A stretch of DNA of 64,000 nt from Gammaproteobacteria bacterium. GTDB lineage: Bacteria; Pseudomonadota; Gammaproteobacteria; CAJXQU01. Shown one piece after another: positions 30,108 through 40,126 of the stretch. The position numbers and the translations under genes are program-made. Position 1 is the stretch's first letter. Each line of letters begins with the position of its first letter. A model generated the notes under the pieces. It did no database searches. It was not told the origin of the DNA and saw nothing but the letters and a program-made list of their open reading frames with translations. Where the stretch lies: positions 2,176,001 to 2,240,000 of the forward strand of contig CBDEGZ010000003.1 of NCBI GenBank assembly GCA_965238175.1. The letters run 5' to 3'.

Positions 30108-32885
30108 TTGTCAGCTAATCCAGAAGATCTAAACATCAATAAAATCGCATTTGATCTCAATGGCAAAAGCATTGAGGCCTATGAAGACGAAACTATTCTT
30201 CAGGCGGCTAAACGAGAAGGTGTCGAAATTCCACATCTCTGTTATACCGACGACATGCGTGCAGATGGCAACTGCCGTGCTTGTGTTGTAGAAGTTGATG
30301 GCGAGCGTGTACTTGCACCGTCTTGCTGTCGATATCCAACAGATGGGATGAAGGTAAATACAGAGAGTGAAAGAGCTCTCAAATCTCAGAAGATGGTTCT
30401 GGAATTATTGATCTCCGACATGCCAGAACAAGGTGAGTCGCCCTACTCCAATGTCTCCGAACTTGATAGCTGGGCAAAAAAACTGGAGGTATCAAAACCT
30501 CGTTTTGATCAGCGAAACCAACCAGCAGAGGATATATCTCATCCTGCTATCGCGGTTAACCTTGATGCCTGTATCCAATGTAATCGCTGTGTACGTGCCT
30601 GTCGTGAAGAACAAGGTAATGATGTAATCGGCTACGCTCATCGTGGCTCGCACTCAAAAATCGTTTTTGATCTTGATGATCCAATGGCTGAAAGTACCTG
30701 TGTTGCTTGCGGTGAATGTGTACAAGCCTGCCCTACTGGTGCATTAATGCCGGCCAATGAAGTAGCTCTGGTTAAAACTGATAAAGCGGTCGATTCAACA
30801 TGCCCGTATTGTGGTGTCGGTTGCTTGATCAAATATCACGTTAAAGATAACGAAATCCTATATACCGAAGGCCGAATGGAAGGTCCTGCGAACAAAGGAC
30901 GGCTGTGTGTAAAAGGTCGTTATGGTTTTGACTATATTCATAATCCATTGCGTCTGACTAAGCCCCTCATTAGAAGAGAAGGAGTCGCTAAGACAGTTGA
31001 GCTTCTTGATCCTGCTGATCTTGATAAGGTATTCCGAGAAGCATCATGGGATGAAGCACTCGATTTTGCCGCTGATGGTCTTAAAAAAATCCGAGATGAA
31101 ATTAGTCCAAAAGCACTCGCAGGGCTCGGCTCGGCAAAAGGCAGTAACGAAGAAGCTTACTTGTTCCAAAAATTGGTGCGGACTGGATTTAGAAGCAATA
31201 ATGTCGATCACTGTACGCGACTTTGTCATGCATCATCTGTTGCAGCATTACTGGAATGTATTGGATCCGGTGCTGTTTCGAATCCTGTTGAGGACGTAGC
31301 TTTAGCTGAAGTTGTTATTCTTATTGGTGCAAACCCAACCATAAATCATCCGGTTGGCGGCTCATTCATCAAAAATGCCACAAAAAACGGAACGAAATTG
31401 ATCGTCATTGATCCCAGACGAAACGGCATGGCCAACTATGCAAGCCATTATCTTCAATTCCGTCCTGATACTGATGTTGCCCTGTTAAACGGGATTATGC
31501 ACACCATTCTCGATGAAGGTCTGCAAAACGATGAGTACATGGAACAGTATACAGAGGGTTTCGAGAAACTCGCTGAACATTTAAAAGATTACCCTGCAGA
31601 AAAAGTCGCCCCAATTTGTGGGATTGATGCAGATACTATCAAAGAAGTAGCACGTTTATATGCATCATCTAAAGGCTCTATGATTCTCTGGGGCATGGGT
31701 ATTTCTCAACACATCCATGGTACTGATAATTCACGCTGCCTGATCTCTATGGCATTAATGACAGGTCAAATTGGTCGTCCAGGATCAGGGCTACATCCAT
31801 TACGTGGACAAAATAATGTACAAGGTGCATCTGATGTAGGTTTAATTCCAATGGTTTATCCAGACTATCAACCTGTCACTAACTCAACAGTCAGAGAGAA
31901 ATTTGAAAAACTTTGGGGTACAGATCTCGATCCGGAAAATGGCCTGACTACTGTTGAAATGGTTCATGCAGCCTATGACGGAAAAGTTAAAGGAATGTAC
32001 ATAGAAGGTGAAAATCCTGCCATGTCAGATCCAAACCAGAACCACGCACGTGCAGCCTTTACAAAATTAGATCATATGGTTGTCCAGGATATCTTTTTAA
32101 CTGAAACAGCAGGTTTTGCAGATGTTATTTTACCGGCTTCAGCTTTCTATGAAAAAAACGGTACTTTTTCGAATACTGATCGTCGCGTACAAATGGGTCG
32201 GCAGGTTATTGATCCTCCTGGTGAAGCAAGACAAGATCTAGAGTTAATACAAGAAATTGCCAATCGTATGGATCTTAACTGGAACTATTCTGGGCCAGCT
32301 AATGTATTCGAAGAAATGCGCCTTTGTATGGGAAGTATCGCCGGAATGACCTGGGATAGACTTGATAAAGTTGACTCATTGACCTATCCATTAGAAAAAG
32401 AAGGTGATCCTGGCACACCGATCATTTTCACCGATGGATTCCCAACAAAATCAGGTAGAGGATTATTTGTTCCTGCAACTTATACTCAGGCTGATGAGCT
32501 ACCAGATGAAGAGTTTCCAATAATCTTTATCACAGGTCGTCAACTTGAGCACTGGCATACAGGCAGTATGACAAGACATGCGAGTAAGCTTGATGCTATT
32601 GAACCAGATCCAGTTATCAATGTTCATCCAGAAGATTTAGAGGCTCTTGGCTGTGTTGCCGGGGAACTTGTTACTATAGAGTCCCGACGCGGCTCGATAA
32701 CTGCTTTTGCTCGGTCGGATATCGGTATTCAAAAAGGTACGCTTTTTATGGCCTTCTGCTACAACGAAGCGAGTGCAAATTTATTGACTACTGATGCGTT
32801 GGATCCTTTCGGCAAAATCCCGGAATTTAAATTTTGTGCAGCTCGCGTAACCGCAGGTGGTGAATTAGCAAGACGAGTCAACTAA
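30108..32885 (+). CDS. fdhF: Formate dehydrogenase alpha subunit (bis-MGD, Cys ligand)
   Basis: N-terminal 2Fe-2S and 4Fe-4S motifs, CPYCGVGC, DHCTRLCHASS, LRGQNNVQG, KIPEFK. Confidence 0.93.
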   Translation: MSANPEDLNINKIAFDLNGKSIEAYEDETILQAAKREGVEIPHLCYTDDMRADGNCRACVVEVDGERVLAPSCCRYPTDGMKVNTESERALKSQKMVLELLISDMPEQGESPYSNVSELDSWAKKLEVSKPRFDQRNQPAEDISHPAIAVNLDACIQCNRCVRACREEQGNDVIGYAHRGSHSKIVFDLDDPMAESTCVACGECVQACPTGALMPANEVALVKTDKAVDSTCPYCGVGCLIKYHVKDNEILYTEGRMEGPANKGRLCVKGRYGFDYIHNPLRLTKPLIRREGVAKTVELLDPADLDKVFREASWDEALDFAADGLKKIRDEISPKALAGLGSAKGSNEEAYLFQKLVRTGFRSNNVDHCTRLCHASSVAALLECIGSGAVSNPVEDVALAEVVILIGANPTINHPVGGSFIKNATKNGTKLIVIDPRRNGMANYASHYLQFRPDTDVALLNGIMHTILDEGLQNDEYMEQYTEGFEKLAEHLKDYPAEKVAPICGIDADTIKEVARLYASSKGSMILWGMGISQHIHGTDNSRCLISMALMTGQIGRPGSGLHPLRGQNNVQGASDVGLIPMVYPDYQPVTNSTVREKFEKLWGTDLDPENGLTTVEMVHAAYDGKVKGMYIEGENPAMSDPNQNHARAAFTKLDHMVVQDIFLTETAGFADVILPASAFYEKNGTFSNTDRRVQMGRQVIDPPGEARQDLELIQEIANRMDLNWNYSGPANVFEEMRLCMGSIAGMTWDRLDKVDSLTYPLEKEGDPGTPIIFTDGFPTKSGRGLFVPATYTQADELPDEEFPIIFITGRQLEHWHTGSMTRHASKLDAIEPDPVINVHPEDLEALGCVAGELVTIESRRGSITAFARSDIGIQKGTLFMAFCYNEASANLLTTDALDPFGKIPEFKFCAARVTAGGELARRVN

Positions 32886-32893
32886 TATAAGTG

Positions 32894-32979
32894 TTGGCTT
32901 CCATAGAAAAATCCGTCAGTTAAATTCACGACCAACGAAGTTAACACCTCATGAGGGAGGCAGAAAAATAAAGGTTACA
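32894..32979 (+). repeat. Dispersed ~86-bp repeat; second copy at 50819-50903
   Basis: Shared core TCAGTTAA.TTCAC.ACCAACGAAGTT.ACA.CTCATG..GGAGG.AG.AAA..AAA.GTTACA. Confidence 0.8.
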
Positions 32980-33043
32980 TAATCAAGTTGGCTTGTATCC
33001 TAGAAATGTGTCAATCAGAAACAATGAGTTACACTATTCAACA

Positions 33044-33319
33044 TATAATGGTCAACTAACCTTGCAACATCTGTTTAGGCACTTTTTATCTCCCATATTC
33101 CACAATCTATAATGTTGTAGTGTTCAAGTTTTTTTATACTAAGTATAAATGGATTACGCGGCCTCAGCTAATACAGGTGCTACATATTGGTTATAGCCTT
33201 GCTTTAGCTTAAACTCAGCACTGAATGTGCGTCTATTACTCATAAGTTGTACCTTCTTTTCTATGGGCAAATAAAGCCTTACCACTTATCTTTTGGTACA
33301 AATTTATTAGATCACTACA
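33044..33319 (-). mobile_element. Internally deleted IS3 derivative (33116-33319) plus an adjacent IS3 right-end remnant
   Basis: Ends TGTAGTGATCTAATAAATTTGTAC and TGTAGTGTTCAAGTTTTTTTATAC; OrfA start MSNRRTFSAEFKL joined to an OrfB tail YNQYVAP..AEAA*. A further end TATAATGGTCAACTAA lies at 33044. Confidence 0.7.
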
Positions 33320-33494
33320 AGAGTGGGATCCTCATACTTAACAAATTACTACAACGGAAAGATTGAGCCAGGTCCAATTTTAATAAAGTCTGGAAACACT
33401 AAATAAGATAATATAGCGAACTGTTGTGAAAAAAATGATTTGATTTGCTCGCTGTGCAATGTTGATTGTGATGCAAAAGCTTCTCTAAAACCAT

Positions 33495-34988
33495 TTATTT
33501 TGTAGGTGACGTTACAAGAGGTTTTAGATCCGGATCTGCACTTCTCCACCCTCCTCCTAATGTTCGATATATGCGTATCAATCCTTGCGCAAGTTCAATA
33601 TCCGAAGATGTCAGTTGTCGCTCTGATTCGAGCAGTGTCCGTTCTGCATCAAGCACATCCAAGAAAGATTCTGCTCCTGCATTGTAACGAATCTGGACTA
33701 ACTCAACGGCTTCACGACTAGCTCTTGTTGACTCCAGTAACGCGGCATTTCTATTACGTTCTTCTATGTGTTTGATAAGTGCGCTGTCGACTTCTTCTAA
33801 TGCTTTTAGTACCACGCCATCATAACGAGCGAGTTGTGCAACAACACTCGCTTCCGCTTGCTTGATACGTGCTCGGGTAGCATCTCGATTAAATAAATTC
33901 CAGGTGATTCCTGGCCCAATAGTGTAATTTGGAGCGCCCTTTTTCGTTAAGTTTCCAGGTTGGTTCGCACTTATCCCGAAGCTTGCTCCAAAACTTACAG
34001 TAGGGAAAAGATCTGCGGTCACCACACCTATTTGCGAGGTTAACGCTGCCAAACTTCTTTCAGCCTCGCGTATATCGGGTCGACGACGAATTAACTTTGC
34101 AGGCTCTCCTACTGGTAAAAATGCTGGTAACTCTGGTAAGGGTTCTATTTTTTGTAGATCAATATTCAGTTTTTGTGGCGCTTCACCACATAGAAGTGCC
34201 AGCTGATTACTCGCAATCACTCCGTCACTGATGACCGTTGGTAGTTGTGATTCTGTTGATCTTAATTGTGCTATCGCACGCACCGTGTCTAATTCAGAGA
34301 CCATACCCTCTTCAGACATGACAATCGTCAGTTCTAAAGTTTTCTGTTGATTTTCTATATTTTTCTCAATGACTTGACGTTGCTTTTGAGCACCTCGTAA
34401 CCTAATGTAGGTTTCGGCAATATCGGCGATCAATATCCGTTTTACGTCATTATATAAGGCTTCCTGACGTTCGATGTTTGCTTCAGCGACCTCGATACTG
34501 CGCTGAATTCTTCCAAACACATCAAGTTCCCAGTTAAGACCTAGTGAAGCTGTGGTTACAAGGTTATCATCCTGCGCTTCATCCGGAGATCCACCCATCG
34601 TGCTAGATATACGCGAGGCTTCGATTGAACCATTTGCATCAATAGTCGGCTGTAATTGGGTTCTGGATTCTGTTAACAGCGATCTTGCTGCCATTACATT
34701 AGCAAAGGCGACTCTTAAATCCGTATTTTTGGTAAGCGCTTCATTGATCAGGTCATTTAACGCCAGATCTTGTAACTGCCTCCACCAACGATCAGTAGGC
34801 TCTTCATCACTATAGATCAATTGCTTATCTTGTTGAGTTGTCTCAGCTGAGGGAAACGACTCATTTTCTTCGACAGGAGCTTCAGGTGAACCAGCATACT
34901 CAGGACCGACAATAGCACATGCACTAAGAAATAATATAGATGAGATAACTAATATAGCCAATTGATTCATAAAATTAAAATTTCTCAT
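33495..34988 (-). CDS. RND efflux outer-membrane lipoprotein (NodT/OprM family)
   Basis: Lipobox LSAC, WELDVFG, RRRPDIREAE, YRTLGGGW. Confidence 0.93.
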   Translation of the reverse strand: MRNFNFMNQLAILVISSILFLSACAIVGPEYAGSPEAPVEENESFPSAETTQQDKQLIYSDEEPTDRWWRQLQDLALNDLINEALTKNTDLRVAFANVMAARSLLTESRTQLQPTIDANGSIEASRISSTMGGSPDEAQDDNLVTTASLGLNWELDVFGRIQRSIEVAEANIERQEALYNDVKRILIADIAETYIRLRGAQKQRQVIEKNIENQQKTLELTIVMSEEGMVSELDTVRAIAQLRSTESQLPTVISDGVIASNQLALLCGEAPQKLNIDLQKIEPLPELPAFLPVGEPAKLIRRRPDIREAERSLAALTSQIGVVTADLFPTVSFGASFGISANQPGNLTKKGAPNYTIGPGITWNLFNRDATRARIKQAEASVVAQLARYDGVVLKALEEVDSALIKHIEERNRNAALLESTRASREAVELVQIRYNAGAESFLDVLDAERTLLESERQLTSSDIELAQGLIRIYRTLGGGWRSADPDLKPLVTSPTK

Positions 34989-37900
34989 CATTAATCGTTT
35001 CGGATGATCCAACCAAGTCACCAAGCCATCGACAAAACACATAAAAAACCGGTGTAAATATTAAACCAAAGAGTGTTACGCCAATCATGCCAGAAAATAC
35101 CGTCGTGCCGAGTGCCCGGCGCATTTCCGCACCTGGTCCGGTTGCGATAGCCAATGGCAATACACCAAGAATAAATGCAAATGATGTCATTAGTATCGGC
35201 CGCAGACGCGTTCGGGCTGCTGTCACTACTGCATTCATACGACTTAGTCCGCTGTCTTCGCCCTGCTTTGCAAATTCGACGATCAATATTGCGTTTTTTG
35301 CAGCCAGGCCAATCAGCACAATAAAACCCACTTGCACAAGAATATTGTTATCAATTCCTCTAAAAGTGATCCCAGTTACTGCCGCCAACAGACACATTGG
35401 GACGATCAATATGATAGAAAGTGGTAGCAACCAACTCTCATATAATGCCGCTAATAACAAAAACATAAACAAGACAGCTAATCCAAAAATTGCCAGGGTT
35501 GATGTCCCAGTTAGTTTTTCCTGCAAGGCTAATTCTGTCCATTCGAATCCAACACCTTCAGGAAGCAGTGTTTCCAACATACTTTCAACTTTTTCTAACG
35601 CCTGGCTAGTTGCGTAATCTGCATTGGTGCTGCCTGATATATCAATCGCACTGTAGTTGTTATATCTGGCAAGTCTGATTGGACCTGTTCTATCTTCAAT
35701 GGTTAGCAGTGAACCTAACGGCACCATATCACCATTTTCTGATCTCACCCTTAAATTATTTATATCTTGCGCCTCATCGCGAAATGGTCCATCAACTTGA
35801 GCAATAACATTATAAGTTCTTCCTATAAAATTAAAATCATTAACATATCTTGACCCTAGATAGATCTCTAATGTATCAATAATATTTTGGAACGGCACGT
35901 TCAACATTTCAGCACGATTTTGATCAATATTTACAAAGACCCTGGGTGTTTTCGTATTAAAAAAGCTATACACACGTGATAATTCTTTTTGTTGATTCGC
36001 CTCAGTAATAACGCCTTGTGCGATCTGCTCTAACGTACTGATACCAACACCACTTAGATCTTGTAAATAAAGCTTCCAACCGCCTGCTAAGCCTAAACCT
36101 CGGACAGAAGGTGGCATAATCATAAACGCCACAGCTTCCTCAATTTGCCCAAGTGCCTGTTGGGCATTTTGCAAAATATCGCGTGCATGCAGGCCTTTTT
36201 TCTCACGCTCTTCAAAAGGAAATAATGGCGTGAATATTACGCCAGCATTAGAAGCATTGGTAAACGTTGCCCCATCAAGTCCGGCGAACTGAACAGCATG
36301 TTTAATACCATTAACACTACGCAGAATATCGGAGGCTTGCCGAATAACCTTATCTGTTCTTTCAAGACTTGCGCCTGGAGGTAACTGGATCACGGTGATC
36401 AAATATCCTTGATCTTGTTCAGGAATAAAACCCTGCGGGACTTTCTCAAATTCAACGAAGGTAAATACGATCAAGCTGCCATAGACGATCAACATCAGAA
36501 TGATCAACTTCACAAACCAACGGGTAAGGACACCATATCCGCTGGCTAATTTTTCGAAACACAGGTTAAAAGCATGCCCAGGGCCATTTAATAACCGTTT
36601 AAATAAGCTTTGATTTCGATAGGCAGTATGCGGCTTTAACAGCAAAGCTCCTAGTGCTGGAGACAAGGTTAATGAGACGATCAGAGATATTAACGTTGAT
36701 GCAGTAATTGCAATGGCGAACTGTCCATAAAATGCGCCTGAGACACCAGAAATAAAAGCAGTTGGAATAAAGACTGCGATCAAAACCAGTGACATTGCAA
36801 TTAAAGCACCACCTACTTCATCAACGGTTTTATGTGCCGCTTCAATGGGTGACAACCCTTTTCGAATGTAGCGTTCAATATTTTCGACAACAATAATCGC
36901 ATCATCGACAACAATCCCGATAGCCAATACAAGCCCAAACAAAGAGAGATTATTTAATGAAGAGCCCAAAGCTGACATGACAGCGAAGGTTCCTATCAAC
37001 GAGACTGGAATGGCGATAATCGGGATCAATGATGCGCGCCAACTTTGCAGGAAGAACAAAATAACGATGACAACCAGAAATACCGCTTCGAAGATGGTTT
37101 TGTAGATTTCTTCAATAGTCGTTTTGATGAACTGTGTTGGATCATAAATTATCTTATATTCAATACCTTGTGGCATTGTTCTAGAAATGAATGACATCTC
37201 ATCGCGTAAGGCCCGAGCAGTTTCAAGCGCATTTGATCCGGGGCGTTGGAAAATGACAATCGGTAAAGCTTGATCATCATCAAGATAACCATTCGTAGCG
37301 TAATTTCTGGCGGCGAGTTCAACACGAGCAACATCACGTAAACGGATAACCCGTCCATCATCACCTTGTTTTACGATAATGCCGGAAAATTCTTCGGGTT
37401 CTAAAAGTCGTCCGCGAGTTGCTAAGGTGTATTCAAACCCGCCTTTAGACTCAATCGGTTGCTGATTCAGCACACCGGCAGCTATTTGCACATTATTTTG
37501 GCGTAGGGAATTCACTACCTCATCTGCGGTTAATCCACGGGCAAACGCACGTTCTGGATCAATCCAGATCCGCATTGCGTAGGCACGTTCAGCTGCTAAG
37601 AAGGTTTCACCTACACCTGAAATGCGTGCCAGGCGGTCAATAACTTGTGTACGCGCATAATTAGAAACATAAAGTGCATCACGACTGCCATCGGGCGAAA
37701 GTATATGAATTACCATCATTAAATCAGGTGAATTCTTTTTTACATTTATTCCTTGTCGCTGTACTTCTTCAGGCAAGAAAGGCTCAGCTAAGGCGACGCG
37801 GTTTTGTACCAATACCTGGGCAATATCAATATCTGTCCCTTGCTTGAAGGTAACCGTTAACGATGTACGTCCATCTGCTGTATTTTCAGATTTCATATAC

Positions 37901-38133
37901 AGCATGTTCTCGACACCATTGATCTGCTGCTCTAACGCTGTCGCTACCGTTTTCGCAGCAATCTCTGCGGTTGCACCTGGGTAATTCGCGGTGACACTGA
38001 CGCTAGGCGGAGCAATTTCTGGATATTGTGAAATAGGTAGGCTTAAATATGAGATCGCACCAAGTAGCGTGATTAAAATTGATACGACACCAGCAAAAAT
38101 GGGCCGTTCTACAAAAAAATGGGCAATTCTCAC
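34975..38133 (-). CDS. RND efflux permease (HAE1, MexF/BpeF-like)
   Basis: FFVERPIFA, GIVVDDAIIVVEN, GLAAKNAILIVEFA, RLRPILMTS. Confidence 0.95.
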   Translation of the reverse strand: MRIAHFFVERPIFAGVVSILITLLGAISYLSLPISQYPEIAPPSVSVTANYPGATAEIAAKTVATALEQQINGVENMLYMKSENTADGRTSLTVTFKQGTDIDIAQVLVQNRVALAEPFLPEEVQRQGINVKKNSPDLMMVIHILSPDGSRDALYVSNYARTQVIDRLARISGVGETFLAAERAYAMRIWIDPERAFARGLTADEVVNSLRQNNVQIAAGVLNQQPIESKGGFEYTLATRGRLLEPEEFSGIIVKQGDDGRVIRLRDVARVELAARNYATNGYLDDDQALPIVIFQRPGSNALETARALRDEMSFISRTMPQGIEYKIIYDPTQFIKTTIEEIYKTIFEAVFLVVIVILFFLQSWRASLIPIIAIPVSLIGTFAVMSALGSSLNNLSLFGLVLAIGIVVDDAIIVVENIERYIRKGLSPIEAAHKTVDEVGGALIAMSLVLIAVFIPTAFISGVSGAFYGQFAIAITASTLISLIVSLTLSPALGALLLKPHTAYRNQSLFKRLLNGPGHAFNLCFEKLASGYGVLTRWFVKLIILMLIVYGSLIVFTFVEFEKVPQGFIPEQDQGYLITVIQLPPGASLERTDKVIRQASDILRSVNGIKHAVQFAGLDGATFTNASNAGVIFTPLFPFEEREKKGLHARDILQNAQQALGQIEEAVAFMIMPPSVRGLGLAGGWKLYLQDLSGVGISTLEQIAQGVITEANQQKELSRVYSFFNTKTPRVFVNIDQNRAEMLNVPFQNIIDTLEIYLGSRYVNDFNFIGRTYNVIAQVDGPFRDEAQDINNLRVRSENGDMVPLGSLLTIEDRTGPIRLARYNNYSAIDISGSTNADYATSQALEKVESMLETLLPEGVGFEWTELALQEKLTGTSTLAIFGLAVLFMFLLLAALYESWLLPLSIILIVPMCLLAAVTGITFRGIDNNILVQVGFIVLIGLAAKNAILIVEFAKQGEDSGLSRMNAVVTAARTRLRPILMTSFAFILGVLPLAIATGPGAEMRRALGTTVFSGMIGVTLFGLIFTPVFYVFCRWLGDLVGSSETINDEKF

Positions 38134-38136
38134 GGA

Positions 38137-39339
38137 TTATTCTTCTATCTTTTCTGGTATACGATTTTCTAAAGTCTTTTCATGTGGTGCAACTTCAGCT
38201 CCAGGTCTTGCCCTCAATAAGCCTTCTGTAATCACGCGATCTTGTTCGGTAAGACCCGATTGAACAACTCGTAATCCATCATAGATAGATCCGAGTTTTA
38301 TTTGCTTAGGAACCACTCGGTTTTGATCATCTACAGTCATGACTATTTTCTTATCCATATCTGATAAAATGGCATAATCGGGAACTAATAAAGCCTCACT
38401 AGGGGGACCAGAAGGAATTCGTACACGTCCAAAAACACCCGGTAATAATAATCCGCCAGCATTATTATCAAACGTAGCACGAATTCTGATCGTTCCTGTT
38501 GCATTATCCAGTTGGGTATCGACAAAATCTAATTTGCCTCGATGTTCAAAAGTTGTTTCATCAAGCAATTTCACGCCTACTTCTAAAGCCTGATCAAACA
38601 TGTTATTTAAATTCGAACCTTGTCGAATATACTTAAGATAATCACCCTCAGAAATATCAAAGACAAAATAGATCGGCGTTTGTGCAACAATAGTGGTTAA
38701 ATTCTGTATTCCACCAAGCTGAATAAGGTTACCCACATCAATTTTACGATTAGAAACTCGACCTGATATTGGTGCCGTTATCTGACAATACTCCACCTCA
38801 AGCTCTGCACTACGAACCGAAGCCTTGGCTGCAGCTATGCTGGCTTTTGACGTTTTCATACTGGAATTTCTAACGTCAGCTTCTTCTTGCGACATGGCTT
38901 TTTTCTTTACCAAGCGTTTTGCTCTACCGAGTTCTTGTGCGGCAAGAGAATACTCAGTTTCGGCTCTAAAAAGCTCAGCTTTGGCCGCTTCTACGACAGC
39001 TTCATAGGGGCGTGGATCAATTGTAAAAAGCAGATCGCCCTTTTCTACAAATTGCCCATCTTTGAAATGAATCTTATTTAGGTAACCCGATATTCGCGAG
39101 CGAATTTCAACATGCTGTGAGGCTTCAAAACGTCCTGTGTATTCATTCCATTCTGTTACGGTACGTTTTTCTGGAGATGCTACGGTTACAGACATAGGAG
39201 GTGGTGCTTGAGGCTCCTCTGCAGTTCCTTCACCTGCAGCACACAAACCATTCGAGTTGAGAGAGAGCATTAGTGTCACTAACAGCACCAACACCGGTTT
39301 CGATACTGTGGGTATCAAAGACAGGCCTGAATTATTCAC
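38137..39339 (-). CDS. RND periplasmic adaptor (MFP)
   Basis: EYTGRFEA..VEIRSRISG, ITAPISGR, TGTIRIRA. Confidence 0.93.
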   Translation of the reverse strand: MNNSGLSLIPTVSKPVLVLLVTLMLSLNSNGLCAAGEGTAEEPQAPPPMSVTVASPEKRTVTEWNEYTGRFEASQHVEIRSRISGYLNKIHFKDGQFVEKGDLLFTIDPRPYEAVVEAAKAELFRAETEYSLAAQELGRAKRLVKKKAMSQEEADVRNSSMKTSKASIAAAKASVRSAELEVEYCQITAPISGRVSNRKIDVGNLIQLGGIQNLTTIVAQTPIYFVFDISEGDYLKYIRQGSNLNNMFDQALEVGVKLLDETTFEHRGKLDFVDTQLDNATGTIRIRATFDNNAGGLLLPGVFGRVRIPSGPPSEALLVPDYAILSDMDKKIVMTVDDQNRVVPKQIKLGSIYDGLRVVQSGLTEQDRVITEGLLRARPGAEVAPHEKTLENRIPEKIEE

Positions 39340-39483
39340 ATTCTCCCCTTTTATATTATTAATTGGTGTGGCTTCGGTTCATTCAAATCATAATAAAATT
39401 GAAAACAGTGTTATGACTATCCCATACACTTTCCTTTCAAGAAAGTTTATCAGCTATCTGATCGATAATGGAATAATAAAATA

Positions 39484-39835
39484 ATCCGTGGTGTATTTAA
39501 GCAATCACAATTTTCAGATGACTGATGATATTCCTGTTCTGTTTATTGAACCATTGGAAGATAGTTAACACCGTAATTTCCACCTGTATTCTCGTCGAAA
39601 AATCTTGAAACGATTTGGCATAATTACGCCCGCTCATAAATGGGTCACACAGCTGAGAAAAAGTGTTTCAATACTTTTTCTTGCCTTTTTGAGCATGGGT
39701 TTGAATGGTTTTAAATCCGTTTAGTTTTTACGTTTAGGTACTTCTGCGCGTGTCGAATAAATTGCGTTGGTAATCACTACTTAAGTAGCCTTTATCACCG
39801 ATTAAAACACAGTCCTCGAACTGTGTTTTGACAAT
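39484..39835 (-). mobile_element. IS982-family transposase 3' remnant
   Basis: CVLIGDKGYLS, KARKSIETL-SQLCD.F..RNYAKSF..FSTRI; end TACACCACGGAT. Homologous to 12944-13150. Confidence 0.82.
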
Positions 39836-40126
39836 GAGTTTTAATATGCGAATTTGTCAGAGGAAATCTCTAATAGGCGTAATATCCTGCGATAACCAGT
39901 GTATAAAGCTCATATCATTGTTTTTTTTGCAAAAATACAATGATACTTCTTGACGGGTAATGAGCAACTTACTTCGTTGAATTTAAATAGTATTTTCTAA
40001 AGACACCACAGATTATCGATAAATACTTTTGAAGCTTATCAAGTATTTTAAACTTATGCCGATCAAAGCATTTAGACATAAGAAATGTATAAGCTAATAC
40101 TAAATAAGGACTAGTAAAAAATAGAA

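Noticed and set aside
31200-31240. Selenocysteine recoding in formate dehydrogenase
   Set aside because: The active-site codon is TGT (RLCH); there is no in-frame TGA.
35087-35617. 176-aa plus-strand ORF and other short overlapping ORFs in the track
   Set aside because: Antisense or alternate-frame shadows of well-supported genes, with no recognisable motifs.
39803-39830. Hairpin AAAACACAGT-cctcga-ACTGTGTTTT as a terminator
   Set aside because: Lies inside the IS982 coding remnant (KTQFEDCVL), not after a gene.
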